DNA of 64,000 nucleotides from Podarcis cretensis (taxonomy: Eukaryota), in the NCBI GenBank assembly GCA_951804945.1, contig OX638152.1, forward strand, positions 40,238,001 through 40,302,000. The letters are read 5' to 3'. Every line of letters starts with the position of its first letter. Position 1 is the stretch's first letter. The notes beneath the pieces were generated by a model. The model did not search any database and was not told the origin of the DNA. It saw nothing but the letters and a program-made list of their open reading frames with translations. A program made the translations under genes and the position numbers. Below, piece by piece: positions 63,115 to 64,000 of the stretch.

Positions 63115-63477
63115 GGGACGCAGGTGGCGCTGTGGGTTAAAGCCTCAGCGCCTAGGACTTGCCGATCGAAAGGTCGGCGGTTCGAATCCCTGCGGCGGGG
63201 TGCGCTCCCGCTGCTCGGTCCCAGCGCCTGCCAACCTAGCAGTTCGAAAGCACCTCCGGGTGCAAGTAGATAAATAGGGACCGCTTACCAGCGGGAAGGT
63301 AAATGGCGTTTCCGTGTGCGGCTCTGGCTCGCCAGATGCAGCTTTGTCACGCTGGCCACGTGACCCGGAAGTGTCTCTGGACAGCGCTGGCCCCTGGCCT
63401 CTTGAGTGAGATGGGCGCACAACCCCAGAGTCTGTCAAGACTGGCCCGTACGGGCAGGGGTACCTTTACCTTTACCT
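63115..63477 (+). mobile_element. Sauria SINE (Squam1), young full-length copy
   Basis: GGGACGCAGGTGGCGCTGTGG head, GGTTCGAATCC B box, (ACCTTT)n tail, 14-bp TSD TTATGTTTTATTAC. Confidence 0.97.
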
Positions 63478-64000
63478 TTATGTTTTATTACAAAGAGAAA
63501 TAATTCTGTTATTGGGCAGAATATTTCTTAGTCCGCTACAACTTATTATGCTTCTCCTTTCTAAAAGGAGTGAAATAAGTTGAATAATAAACCATTATCC
63601 AGTGCCAAAGGATGACCCACCAGACCTTCCCATTTGGCCCACAAGGCCATTTCAGGGAAACCACATCCATCATGATGTCAGGTGTGTGGCAGCTAAGGGC
63701 AGGGATTCAATGGAACAATTGGGAAATTGAAATGGGCTCCCAGTTGTGCCTTTGATGGAGGAAGGTGCACTGCAAACCACTCATCAGCTGATGGGCAGTA
63801 GGAGTGTGCCTTCTCCTCCAATCAAAGTGCTGCCCTTTGAAGCTGCTCCAGCCTGTTCCATTCAACCACTGAAATTTTACTCCTTAAGAAAACTTGTTGT
63901 CTGGTCTGTAGGTGCAGCTTCCAGACTTTATTTCAAATAAATAGATACAACATTGACATGCCCAAAGTTTGTGCCCTCCTGCTTTGGTGAGAATTCAAAG

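Overview
Vertebrate nuclear DNA from a squamate reptile, most likely a lacertid lizard (inferred from Sauria/Squam1 SINEs of the lacertid type, Bov-B LINEs, tRNA-Ala-derived SINEs, and L2/CR1 tails). The window reads as intronic or intergenic. I could not recognise any host protein-coding gene, and apart from retroelement ORF remnants the supplied ORFs look like noise. It is dense in transposons: two 5'-truncated Bov-B copies, four Sauria SINE pieces (two young copies with TSDs), CR1 and L2 fragments, about five solo-LTR-like elements, five Tc1/mariner-superfamily MITEs and many hAT MITEs with 8-bp TSDs. The most striking observation is in a young GC-rich terminal-repeat element at about 8889-9642. 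It carries an ENE-like U-rich internal-loop hairpin (a poly(A) triple-helix motif) next to a long-range stem that would bring the poly(A) site back beside it. The long-range stem is kept, with a U.G-compatible change, in a diverged second copy at about 32680-33260. All family names are from pattern recognition, not database searches.
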